Assembly (NCBI RefSeq): GCF_963853765.1
Contig: NC_088858.1
Location: 40,424,001 to 40,488,000, forward strand
DNA from: Magallana gigas
Lineage: Eukaryota
DNA length: 64,000 nucleotides
Reading direction: 5' to 3'
Shown piece after piece: positions 12,071-23,827 of this stretch; within the stretch, counting starts at the first letter, position 1, and the number at the start of each line of letters is the position of its first letter. The notes under the pieces were generated by a model that did not search any database, was not told the DNA's origin, and saw only the letters and a program-made list of their open reading frames with translations. Made by a program: the position numbers and the translations under genes.

Positions 12071-12439
12071 TCCCCCCAAAAAATTACAATTAAATTAAGT
12101 CATGAATACTCATGATTGATAATCCTAAATTGTTACATGCTCACAAAAAAGGTAAGGCGAGGGGGGGGGGGCTCAATCATAATTCAATATCTTTATTGTA
12201 AATTTAAGAAAAATGTTTAATGTGAGAAAAAGTTGGAAGGGGGGGGCATACATGACTGAGCCCCCCCCCCCCCCCCCCCCCGGTGTTAGAGGACACACAT
12301 CTCTCTGACAGACTGGTACGTCTCACTAATTAAGTCGAACCAGATCTTTCCACGTACATGTTGACCTGCGTGTGTTTTTTAAAAATGACGAATGTAAAAA
12401 ATCGTTTGAAATGTTTCTCTACAACATATTTTACAAGAT

Positions 12440-13320
12440 TCAATTCAATTCAATTCAATGGTTTATTGACATCACCATAAAACATTTATCCAAGTAGATA
12501 CATAGACATTTTGTAGCATTATAATCACATGGATTAACAATTGTTTTTATGGGATCAATACCACAGTACAATTTATAATTGAAAATATCACAATAATGAA
12601 ATCGAAGATTGTCATACACAGGACAGTAAAGTACAAAATGTTTTTCGACTAATAATTTACAAGCATAGCATAAACGTTTTTCCTTTGGGATAATTGGTTT
12701 ACAATGTCTACCTGTTTCAATGACTTATTCTTAATCTTGTTAGCAGGGATCTTTCATGCTTTTTCAAGGAAAACTGTAAGTAATCTTGCAACTTGTACTC
12801 GTTAGTATTTAATATTTTACTGTAAAAATGAAGTTTTCCTGAGTTAGAGGATGATATTTTGTTAAATTGCTCAAAGATCATATCCACAAAAAATTTATTT
12901 AACTTAAACTTAAAGTATAACTCTTTTTCGAAGCTAACTCTTTGTATTCTTTAAAAGCTGATACTAACAGTGCATTATTATATGTGGTATTTGATTCCAT
13001 ATTTCTTAGTCTGATATAGTATTTAAACATGTTTTCATAACAAAAATAGTAGAATAGATAAGAACCTAGTTCAGCATTGACTGCTAAATTTGATGCTTTT
13101 CTATGTACACCTAGAATATCTTTGAATATATGATTTTGAATTTTTTCAAATGGAAAAAATTCTGAGGATTTTAGATCTAGTTTATAGTCTGAGATCCATA
13201 TTTCAGATCCAGTACAATATTTTTCCAAAGCATTTAGACAAGAAGTACATCCTATATTGGGCCAAGAGGAGAAGCAGAAACTATTGTAAAAGAACACACA
13301 TCTTTAAATCGCTTTGTACC
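12440..13320 (-). mobile_element. 5'-truncated, decayed non-LTR retrotransposon (LINE) 3' end
   Basis: Post-RT-like peptide FEKIQNHIFKDILGVHRKASNLAVNAELG; C-terminal Cys/His motif KRLCYAC...HFVLYCPVYDNLR; AATAAA and (TTGAA)n tail near 12440-12467. Confidence 0.8.
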
Positions 13321-14170
13321 TAGGATTTCTTCAATTGTAACAAAGGGTTGTCGCTAATGATTTACGCCCAGTAAATTGATTTCGTTTATTCGATTTTAAT
13401 ATATAAAAACTTGCAATTATTATTATAATTATTCGTTAAATTTCAGGTGTTCACCCTCCTTAATTGATCAGACAAGCGATCTCCTGAAATGTGACCATGC
13501 AAGTTCTTTCGTTTCGTAGAAGCCATAGAGGTGACTTTTCTTTGATCACTCTTTAATCTTGTCAGCTGTTCGATATTCACAAATACATGTAGATAAAAAA
13601 CAAATACAAAAAACATTTGATATACATGTACTTCAAATCCATGTCTATCGATGATACTTTTGATTTAGATGTTTGTAAGGATTTGACTTTTATCTCAGCA
13701 CCACAGTGAATACTATGTGCACATCGATAGTTCTTTGATAAGGGGTTGTTAACGATAATTAATAAAAGAAATAAAAAAAAAAATTGAAAAAAAATAGAAA
13801 GGGGGGGGGGGGTAGTGCACGGTCCAGTCCACAAGCACCTGTGGCTTAATTACGAACCATTCTGTTTCCAGAAATTTTTTGATCCAAGAGAGACAACTTT
13901 ATGAATCAAGAAATCATATATATATATATTTATTTTTATACATGTTTGGTGTTGATTTTGAGAGAAAATATTGGTTACTGAATGTAAGTTTTAAAAAAAT
14001 GGTAATACATGTACAGTGACTGTCATTTATTAAGAACCCAATTTTTGTGAAAGAGACTGTTTTGAAATAAAAGAGAATCTAATCATTGTATAAAAAATAA
14101 TTTTAAAATGATGTCATTTTATACCAGGGACGTACATACGTCCCTGATATATCAACCAACAAGTGGGCGT

Positions 14171-14254
14171 ATATTCCCAAGTCACGGGTTCTGATCCGAT
14201 ACGCTCTTTACAAAGATGAGCGGAGCGGATCGGACACCTTGGACTTGGGAAGAT
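14171..14254. mobile_element. Small fold-back element just upstream of PIGH
   Basis: ttcccaagtc / gacttgggaa termini and gatccg / cggatc inner arms; an NRF1-like TGCGCATGTGCA follows at 14260-14271. Confidence 0.6.
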
Positions 14255-14341
14255 GAAAGTGCGCATGTGCAATGAAAGCACTTAGTAAACATTAGGCATG
14301 CTCTCGTTTTCCTTCATGTTCAAACGAGATACCGGTATTCA

Positions 14342-17300
14342 ATGTATCAAGTACAGTGGGACAAAGATTATGAAGTGAAAGTAATATATCCTTTCAGACT
14401 ATCAAGAGTATTGTTTATAATTGTTATTTTAAATTTACTTTGGGTTTGGCTATTTTCCAAACTTAACCCATGGCCTGGATTGAAATTGGATCTGGCGAGT
14501 TATTTCGAACAAGAGGTGATGTGTGTTCGACCTATTATAGCATACGTATTACACCTTTATCAATTACGTTGTTTAGTTTAAAAACCACTAACCAGCGATT
14601 AACATTGGATCTTTAAATATTTAAATTCAAACTATTTCATTCCTAATGAATGCATGCCTTTCAATGGACAAGCTATGGATGATGGTCAACAATGTCGTAC
14701 ATTGAATAAACTGAAAGTCATACACATGTAAAACAATATACATATGCATAGATGTAATTAATTGAAAGGAAAACACGTAAGCATTTACAAATACATTTAT
14801 ATATATATATATTTTTACCAACATGTTCATGAATACATTTATAGGTACATGTACTTTTACAATATAAACTCATCATTTCATAAATAATGTATATAGAATA
14901 TTACATGGCATTTTTTAAATCACATCCTATATTAGTCCAAGGTCATTGTATTTCAGCCTGAGAGCCGTCAGGCTTGAGGGCTGATATACAGGTACTGAGA
15001 GCTTAGAATATAGGGTGCGATATAAAAAATGCCGTCAGGCATGTCACAGTGTTTTAATTTCATATACTTAAAGAAAACATCATGTAATGAATGATTATTG
15101 TCAACAAATTGCTCCATGTCTATTTACCTGTCTCTTATAAACTTTTCTGTCAATTTGCGCCAGCTGTTTGTATACCAAGTTGACGTCGACGTAATTGACC
15201 TCATACTCAGACTTTGGAATTGAATGACACATACCGAATTCCATATTATAATAGCCAATTAATAACAGAAAGAGATGTTTAATTATAACTAAGAGCGCTG
15301 GAAAAGGGTGTGTGATAAATTTTATTACACACCCCTAGGGTTTATTACACATGCACAGACAAATTTTCGTTTTATATTGCACAGGGCGGAAAAGGGTATA
15401 GTTTAAATATCTGAGTTATAAATAAAAGAAATGTATATTTAATGTCCCCCTGGAACATATATGAATATTTTAGTTGGTTGGCACATGATATACATTGTAA
15501 GTCCCTGATTGATCATGCCCCCCCCCCCCCAATCCAAGTCTTTTTTATATTTTTCAATGCATCTTCTAATGGAAAATATATATATTTTTTTCCCAGAAAT
15601 GAATTTATTTTGACCAACATTAACATTAATCCTGGTAGTTAGCTGCTGAACTGTAGCTCTTTGGAAAGATCCATTTGTAAAGTTTCATTTCTATGCATTG
15701 ATCGAAAGTTAAGTTCTGCTGCTTATAGTTAAATCATGTATGATGCAGCACTGTGACTTTAAAATAAATATACTCCAGTATTAATTGTGATTATCATATT
15801 GAGACCATTATCAATAGTATGTTCATGTTTCAGAAATATATATACGCATAATTGTTCTGGATCATGGTTTTATAAATTAAATAAAAAATTTTCATACATT
15901 TTAGATTTTGCTCTCACATCTTGGGGTAACTATTATTGCCTGCCTCTTAATCCTGAAATTGCAAATCAGATCTGGTGAGTTTTTTGTTCATATTAAATAT
16001 CCATATCTCACAACTAGATTTTGACATTTGTCAATTGAAAAATACAAATTAAATGTTGATATGTGTGTGTTGCATTCCAGAAAGCTTGCTTGTGATTCCT
16101 TCAGTTGGAATCAATGTTACATATGCCAACAGACTGGGACAAGTGTACACAGAGTTCTACCCAAGACAGCTGGTCATGGACCTTGTCATTGTTGAAGCTA
16201 TAATCATGGTGAATATATCATTAAAAAAAGAAATACCTCTATTTATGTTAATAGGTTTTGACATTTTCAGTTTTGATTCATTTGTTTATGCAAGAAATCC
16301 ATTTTTCTGAAATAAACAAAACATAAAAGGAAAAGCCTGCAATGCACCTTGAATATTATCAGGGTTTATAACACTTGTCTGATGTTTTATCTAATTGTTT
16401 CATAAATTTGGTATTTACAGCAAAGGCTTGCCACCTATCCAGTCATATTGTACCACGATTCTTTCACAAGGGAAATGAAAATTAAGCCCCTGTTCATGGT
16501 AAGCTTGGTGACAAAATCAGTGATTAGAACCACAGGCACCTGACAGCATAAATTTTCTCATAATAAAAATATATACCCTATACCTAATAATATAAGGTAT
16601 AGGGTTTTTATTATTATCTTTATTATGAGAAATATTTATAAAGTCAGGTGCCTGTGATTAGAGCATAACCTTTACACCCATCAAAACTGTCTTCATCATT
16701 TAGAATTTCAGTCGCATCAATTAAATTTTCAATTAACAACTTTGAGAACAAGAGGAGAGAGAGAGAACATTTTATTGGAGGTGAAGTTTGTTCAACAAGT
16801 GAAAAAAGGATCATGTTTAAGATAAGTTAGAGCATATGAATTAAATTGAATGTAACTATCATAAAGTGACTATGTGGGCTTTTCTAATCTCAATTGATTT
16901 TCCAGCAAAACTTCGAAAAAAAGTTGTGAAATTTCGAATGTCAAATCTCCAACTTTCTGTAGAAACTGGTAGATGGTTAGGCATTCCTCTGAATGAAAGA
17001 CGCTTTACCTTATGTAATAACAATCAAATAGCAGATAAGATGCATTTTATATTAGAATGTAATGCTCTCTCATGTATCAATCAAAAATACTTAGAACCTA
17101 GATTTTGTGAAAGACCAAACACCTTCAATTTTTGTGAATTATTGTCTACTTTAAAACTTAAAAAACTCAAAAAACTCTGTGTATTTATATATGAAATTTT
17201 TGAATCAGTCCATCCTCCTTGAACATTTGTACTTTTTTCTCATATTTTTTCTCTAAATTTTACTGTACATTTACCCCTGACTCTATATCTACATTTGTAA

Positions 17301-17937
17301 ATATTTAAACAATAAAATGCACTCTTTGGTGATTCATTCGGGATATGACACGCAATATAGTAAGTACCCCGGTAAGTAAATAATTTATTATAGTGACAAT
17401 ATATATATGTGTATATAGCATAATTACAAAATTCCTTTTACAAATATAACATCAATACACCCGGCCCAACGGACCTATTAGTCACTTTCAAACTGTTACA
17501 ATATGTGAATAAATTTTACATGTTTTAGGAGCAAGGTGGCTTTGTCAAGTGTTTCTGTCTTAATTTAAATTGTATAATTCGTTAATAAAATAAGCGATTT
17601 GGCGGGGGTAGTTATATATAAGTCAACGAACAGCGTACTATCATTTGTATTATTTTGACTTACAGTTAAATGATATATATTTAAACATATACATATTAAC
17701 GGCCACAAGAACCTATATACCGGTAATCTCAATATTATTTTTAAATACATGAATATGAAAATTAAAATATATATAGGCATTCAAATGAAGAGTGAAGAAC
17801 CTTTAATCAAAGTTCAAAACCTTACTTATTAATTGTTATTCTTACAGAAATGCAGATTAAAGATGGCAGAACTTAAAAGTATTTACCAGAAAGTTCAGAA
17901 GAATCTTAGATTTACCTCATTAGAAAAGAAAAGTTGA
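14342..17937 (+). CDS. PIGH: GPI-GlcNAc transferase subunit H, about 179 aa, 5 exons
   Basis: Exons 14342-14515, 15905-15974, 16081-16208, 16421-16498, 17848-17937, in phase. Two hydrophobic helices, then ESLLVIPSVGINVTYANRLGQVYTEFYPRQLVMDLVIVEAIIM-QRLATYPVIL...KPLFM-KCRLKMAELKSIYQKVQ, matching the PIG-H pattern (ETLLIIDSLGI...VIINEAIYMQKVIYYL...PVFQ...RLDCLIEVY). Exon 1 is the least certain. Confidence 0.8.
14907..15033. mobile_element. Fold-back core of a non-autonomous DNA element
   Basis: ggcattttttaaatcacatcctatatt pairs with aatatagggtgcgatataaaaaatgcc; central tcagcc...ggctga hairpin. The element probably extends to ~15450. Confidence 0.65.
16531..16656. mobile_element. CACAGG...CCTGTG MITE with 8-bp TSD in PIGH intron 4
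   Basis: 14-bp perfect TIR CACAGGCACCTGAC; flanks ATTAGAAC / ATTAGAGC (7/8); internal hairpin ccctatacct...aggtataggg. Confidence 0.85.
16860..17310 (+). mobile_element. LINE 3' fragment in PIGH intron 4
   Basis: KFRMSNLQLSVETGRWLGIPLNERRFTLC...HFILEC is the typical C-terminal Cys/His region of LINE ORF2; AATAAA near 17311. Confidence 0.8.
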
Positions 17938-18851
17938 CCCAAGATTATTTTCAGCATTTTTTCCCCCTTTTTATCCATTTGCTTAGTATATATACGTGTA
18001 TATGAGCCTCTTCTGAGGATGTTTATACCTTAATATTTATGGTAAATGTGATACATGAAATAGCAAGGATATATCAAAATAATAATGGGATTTTTATAAC
18101 TCTTCTAAGCCTTTATATCGATCTTGGATATTTTTTGGTTCTGTTAATTCTAAGACAATAAGTTTTGACTGTTTTTTTTTTATTGATATTACCTATACTT
18201 CCAGTTATTATGGCAGAGAACTATATACACACATAGGTCTCTGGTAATGTAAAATGATAATATCCACAACATGACAGTGATTCTGTATACAATACTAAAA
18301 ATTATGGAATGTTTTAGAATTATAATGATTTTTAAGCATAATATACCATCACTCAGTGTCAAAATGAACAACTTTATATTAATGTATATGTATTCATGTG
18401 TTTAACAGATTTTTAGAATTAGCTGTTAACAGCATCATAATTTATACATTCTAGTCTGTACGTTGTACTAATTACTTATTCCATGATACATCCTACAGGT
18501 AAATGAAGGCTTTCGTACTATAATAGCTAGATCATAAGTTTTCCTCTTTTTTCACAAAGTATGTTCTGTACGTCTGCAATTAATTTTGTATATTCATATT
18601 GTTTTGCAATACATTGATTAGTTCATGTGTTAAGAAAATTTCAGGGACTAAAACTCATGTAGATTTTGTGTTTTTTTATATCCAACTTAATTTATGAGTG
18701 TAACAGTTTGTTTTTTGTTTTAGTTAATTGTCACAACACTTAATCTAGTCTTTTTTTAATAGTACTGGTGGCTAAATTTGATGTTTCATTTTCAATACCA
18801 ATGATACCTAGTAGATCGATTGTGATCTTGTATTCCATGAATATTGTGCTC

Positions 18852-19366
18852 TTTAGCTCACCTGAGCCAAAGGCTGAAGAGCTTTTCTGATTAAAATTTC
18901 TCTGTTGTTTGTCGTCATCATTGTTGTCAACTGTGTTGAAAGCTTTTTCTCTAAAACCACTGAGCCAATTTTAACTAAACATGGCACAAAGCATCCTTGG
19001 AAGAAGGTCTTTCAAATTCTTTCAAATGAAGGATCATATTTTGTCCAAATGGGAGATGATTAGAAAAGAGTGTAAAATTATTAGAAATTGAATTTCTGTT
19101 AGGTGTAGAAATAGAATGATTATAAACTGAATTAAACTATTGAATGAGTAAGATGGCATAACTCGATCTGTTGAGCAATTGTTGGTGGCTTGTAACAGCA
19201 GGGTCTTTGGCTGTGCTAATTGCAATTTTGGAATATATATTATTTTTTTGGTTTTAGAAGGGATATGCTGTCCTTGAATCCCAAAGCTGCCATTACATTG
19301 TAGCTGATTATAGTTATGTCCAATTAATGTTTCTCAGGTGAGCGATGTGGCCCCTGTACCATTATT
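18852..19366 (+). mobile_element. Non-autonomous Helitron/Helentron-type (HINE-like) element
   Basis: 5' tttagctcacctgagc, subterminal inverted ctcaggtgagcga, then a decayed 3' hairpin tggcccctgtacca; no TSD. Confidence 0.75.
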
Positions 19367-19659
19367 AGTCATATTTTCTTTTTATACCTCAACAATAATT
19401 TGTTTTCTGCAGAAATCCCACGATTTTTCATCTTTGCTGCTGTTGTTTAAATTGCACATTAAGTGTATTGTAGTGTGTAAAACTGACTGTGTATGTTTTA
19501 TTTTGAGAATTTTTTGTGACAAAGAATGTTTATAACTATTATATGTGTCCTGGGTGATCTCAGGAAATTAATTGATCAAATTAAGAGCTACCTGATTAAA
19601 CATATTTATTTTATTACTGAACAGATATGATTTACGTGATATAAAAATTAAACAATTTT

Positions 19660-20035
19660 TATTGTTATACTTTCATGTTAAATACTGAAATCTGATTGGT
19701 TAAGACGCAGTTAATAATATTTACTATTACCCTCAGCGTTAGCAACGCACTTGGCAACGGGTAACATTAAAAAATATTACATGCGCGAAAATTATGCGCG
19801 TACGGTTCGCTGTAGAATTCACGTTATTCCTATATAAAAGCAGTAAAATTTTCTTAAAAATTTTAAAAAAGACATTCAGTATAACAAAATAAATAGTGCC
19901 TGTTTGGGAGGATAACAGTTGAAATTGACACCCCTCGAAAACCATTGTCAACCTCCGCTTCGCGTCGGTTGACAATGGTTTTCGAGGGGTGTCAATTTCA
20001 ACTGTTACCCTCCCAAACAGGCACTATTTATATAA
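19660..20035. mobile_element. Non-autonomous DNA element with a 64-bp-arm terminal hairpin
   Basis: Arms 19890-19953 and 19967-20030 differ at one position; 13-nt loop. The 5' part carries tctgattggtt. Superfamily not assigned. Confidence 0.75.
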
Positions 20036-20641
20036 TATCGATGTATACATGTGTATAATGATTATAGAACAAATAAATATTAATCATATACATTGTTAAG
20101 AAAGCTCAATTAATTTATTGATAATATTCAGTCTTACAACTTTAATATCATCATTATATATTTTCATTTTTTTGAATGTTATTTTGATATAAACAGTTAT
20201 CAGCCAATTTGATTCCAAAAGATTTAAATAACTTTCTTTCTTTTGTTTAAGTTACTTGCATTAATGGAGTTTTAATTTGCATATCTGTTGTCAACCCTTT
20301 GTGTTACTTTTTTTATAATGACTTCTCACTCTGAGCTTCCAAAAAACCAAATGTATAATATCTTAGACTTTCTACTTCCAAGAACATGCCAATTATAGAC
20401 TTGCACTTGTGACATGTAACAACGAATGTATGATGAGTAACAATTGTATACATATTCAGACCCTGTAATTTGAACATGATATAAAACTCTTCTTAAAATG
20501 ACAGTGAAGTATGTAACGATAAGTGTTCCTAGAAACACAATGTTTTTGTGTTTATGATAATGATTTTGCCTTCTTTTTTAATGTCGGAAACAAAGTAGAA
20601 CGACTTATCAAGTAAGTGTGATTTTTATTAACCTGTCATCT

Positions 20642-20701
20642 ATTGGATATTTTGGTCCAATCAAGAACGTCGTCACATAAATTCTTTAAGATGGCGGGAA
20701 A
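20642..20701. promoter_or_regulatory. GINS1 promoter: two CCAAT boxes and an E2F site
   Basis: ATTGG 20642-20646, CCAAT 20657-20661, GGCGGGAAA 20693-20701, 14 bp before the ATG. Confidence 0.6.
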
Positions 20702-20714
20702 AATGTAAACAAAA

Positions 20715-22817
20715 ATGCTGGCAGAGAAAGCGCTTGACCTGTTACGAGAACTGCAGAGAACGTTGGATGGGTCCTTACCACCATACAATGTGTGAATACT
20801 TATCGTTGTTCTCTCCCATTCATTCATCTATTTATAAATTTACATATTTTATTATCTAGCTCTGACTTAAAAATATGCGCAAAGTATCTGATCAATCACA
20901 ACTCTGATTAAAGTATAAATTTATTTTTACCAAAGCCGAGTCCACGATGCTTTTTAAAAATAAATTTAATGTCATTGTGATCTGTATAAATTTTTCAGGA
21001 AGATGGCATCCGACAAATTTTGGAAGAAATGAAGGCATTATTTGAACAGAACCAAAAAGATGTGTATGTTTTGTAATTGGTTAAATCTCTTAAATGTACA
21101 CCCCTTTGCCCCAATAACTACATGTGTTTTTATATTTGTTTAGGAGTGCAACTGTTGCTGGTGAAAACGGTCTTTTTTCTGGTGTTCAGCTGAGACATTC
21201 TGCTTTGGAGCGTAACAAAAGATGTCTCCTGGCTTACTTGTGAGTAATAGATTTGTACCAGTATTTAAAGAATTAATGATGGACCAGGATTCAAAACAAG
21301 GTCCCCTGAGTCTCTAGTCAGGAGCTCTACCAAATGAGCTGTCTGTTGCCGGGGATTGATATTACATTCCTCACTTTTAAATGATCTTTGAAAATGATGG
21401 ACCATATTGTCATTATGTGGTAGAGTCAGGTATATAGCATTCCTACTAGCTCTGGCTAGCGGGTAACCCTTTAGCTCGATCGATAGAGTGCTGGACTGCC
21501 GTGCCAGAGGACCCGGGTTCAAACCCCAATAGAGGCAATAAGTGTCTCTGTTACATTTGGCGCCCATGTTGGGACCTGGGTATTCTCTGGCGGGTGAGAG
21601 AGATTGTTTCCAGAACTTTGCCCCACAGGCATTGGCACTCCAGGAGAGTCGGGTTGCCTCTTTCCTTGGAGGGGACAATGTGGTAGAGTCAGGTATATGG
21701 CATTCCTACTAGCTCTGGCTAGCGGGTTAACCCTTTAGCTTGATAGGTAGAGTGCTGGACTGGCGTGCCAGAGGACCTGGGTTCAAACCCCAGCAGAGGC
21801 AATAAGTGTCTCTGTTACAATTAGACTGTTAGAACGCAACCCCCCTGAATCTCTTGTCTCTTACCAACAGAGCAATCTGGCACAGGCAATCAAACCAGTC
21901 TGACTCTCACAGATTCATAAATCAATTATAAGTTATTGCTGAATAATAAATAGCAGTTTAAATTTATCATTAACATTTAGAAATAATCTCATGAGTGAAA
22001 ATTCATTGAATGAAACTGTTAGAACACTACAGTAACAACTACAGTAACAACTTACAAAGTTGTTAAAAGATAAAACATTATCTATTTTTGACTATATTCA
22101 GAATGTTTTTATTTCATATTCTATAAATTTAAATGTAAATATCATAGATTATTTATAAATCCAGGTACAATCGGTTGGAACAAATAAAGAAAATGAGGTG
22201 GGAATTTGGAAGTGTTCTTCCACCAGAGGTCAAATTCAACATGTGTGAACAAGAGGTATTAATAGACCCCTCACAATTACTGTAGTAATGCTCTTTTGCA
22301 GGCCAAATTGAAAACAGCTTAATAAAAAACGTAGTACCTGCATTATTTGATCTACATCATTTAATTATCTACCAACTGAAACCTCGCAAACTTTATAATA
22401 TGACTTACAAAAGAGCAGTACTAGAGGTTCCCTGAAAGGGTCTCTTTTTTCAAGGTAATATTTGCTATAGAGGTTTATTCTATCAGCTAAGATAAAATGT
22501 TTTTACTTTACTTATATATCATAACTGAGGGATGAATGATAGAAATTACATGGATCATTGCCTTTCAAAAATTCTTAATTTTCATTAAATGATTTGATAT
22601 GTCTTTTATTGTCATACTTCAATCTTTCCATTTTCTGACCAATATTCTTTTCAGGTGCAGTGGTTTAGCAAGTACAACAAGATGCTTGCCAATTATATGA
22701 GGTCTATTGGAGGGGAGGGAGGCCTTGACCTCACACAAGATCTAAAGCCTCCCAAAACACTCTATATAGAGGTAAAGGTGTTTCTATTAATGGGCCTTAT
22801 AAAGTTGATTCAGGGTT

Positions 22818-22849
<32 letters not shown>

Positions 22850-23827
22850 AGGGGTCAAATATCTTCCAAAGAATAAGATCTGCCTCCACTCCATCGAAAG
22901 AGAAATTCTGAGGGTGACAAAGGGTCCTAATAATGCTTATCCCTTTATAGTCTTACTTAGATTTTTACCCATTGAAGCAACATCGAAATGATTAAACTTG
23001 TAAAACTACGAAATGTTATACAAACCTGAAGTCTAACATCGCTGCCAAAATCAAGGCTAGTAGTTCACTTGTGTTTATTTTTCACAGACAAACTTAAATG
23101 CCAGAGACGTCTTGCTTAGTAAATAAAATAGTATGTTTGAAAGCTGAGCTATTTAAAAGCAAATGCAAACATCAAATTTTACAGGTTAGATGCTTGATGG
23201 ACCATGGGGAATTCGAAACACAAGATGGAAATATTCTCTTATTGAAGAAAAACAGCCAGGTATTTTTCACAACACATAACTAACATATCAGTGATGAAAT
23301 TACAAATACATATTGAAAAAAGAAAACTCTGTTTATCAACAAACTTTTGATCAATCAGTATTAGAAATAGTTTGAATAAAAATTGAAAACTTGAATATAA
23401 ATTTTATGATATTTTTTTGTTGGTGGTTAGACAATATACTGTGGAATCATTAGAATTCGTTGTGCCTCAATTTTCGTTGGTAGCCCTCCACCACAAATTT
23501 GCATCCTCAACGAAAACAAATTTAGAAGGAGATATCTTTTTTTACTGAAACTGAAACCGACGCATCCACGAAATTACATCCCCATGAATTAGCAAAAAAC
23601 CCACAATTCACGAAAATTGGCCCCTATGAAATTAAATGATTCCACAGTAATAGGAAGAAAATGTTCGTCATTTGTGCAATTCAGTTTGTATAATTTTAAA
23701 CCAACTGCAGAATATCTGATCCCTCAGAAAAGATTAGACAATGTGTTACATTTTTCAGCATTTCATGTTGAGATCGGAATGTGAACATTTGATTCGTCAG
23801 GGAATACTGGAACACATTGTCCACTGA
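20715..23827 (+). CDS. GINS1: GINS complex subunit 1 (Psf1), 195 aa, 7 exons
   Basis: Exons 20715-20789, 20999-21063, 21144-21239, 22165-22255, 22655-22771, 23185-23259, 23759-23827. [13 protein letters not shown]...[14 protein letters not shown]...WEFGSVLP...[21 protein letters not shown]...LLKKNSQHF...[12 protein letters not shown]. Confidence 0.97.
21283..21365 (-). mobile_element. Degenerate tRNA-derived repeat (SINE head or solo-LTR relic)
   Basis: On minus: cagctcatttggtagagc (A-box/D-arm-like) ... gttttgaatcctgg (decayed B-box). Confidence 0.55.
21416..21819 (+). mobile_element. TRIM (miniature LTR retrotransposon) with tRNA-like LTRs, Helenus-type
   Basis: LTR1 21416-21555 and LTR2 21679-21819 (TG...CA; about 8 substitutions plus 1 indel); PBS TGGCGCCCA at 21558; PPT GGAGGGGA 21668-21675; TSD ATTA at 21412-21415 and 21820-21823; A- and B-boxes in each LTR. 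Confidence 0.92.
21838..21911 (-). mobile_element. Second degenerate tRNA-derived relic
   Basis: On minus it starts tgtgagagtcag (compare LTR start tgtggtagagtcag), then gccagattgctctgttggta and gagattcaggggg, as in the 21283 relic. Confidence 0.5.
23437..23649. mobile_element. TA-flanked MITE (CTGTGG termini; Tc1/mariner-like by TSD)
   Basis: tactgtggaatcatt / aatgattccacagta. Confidence 0.8.

Noticed and set aside
13430-13570. About 45-codon open stretch on minus (VNIEQLTRLKSDQRK...)
   Set aside because: No recognisable homology and no linked exons.
21468-21540. tRNA gene call (Gly-GCC-like anticodon loop)
   Set aside because: It is duplicated inside LTRs with a different loop in the second copy (GGC), has a weak acceptor stem and no Pol III T-run terminator; treated as element-borne tRNA-like sequence.
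21265-21686. 137-aa (-) and 61-aa (+) ORFs in the track
   Set aside because: They overlap the GC-richer TRIM and tRNA-like repeats, with no gag/pol motifs.
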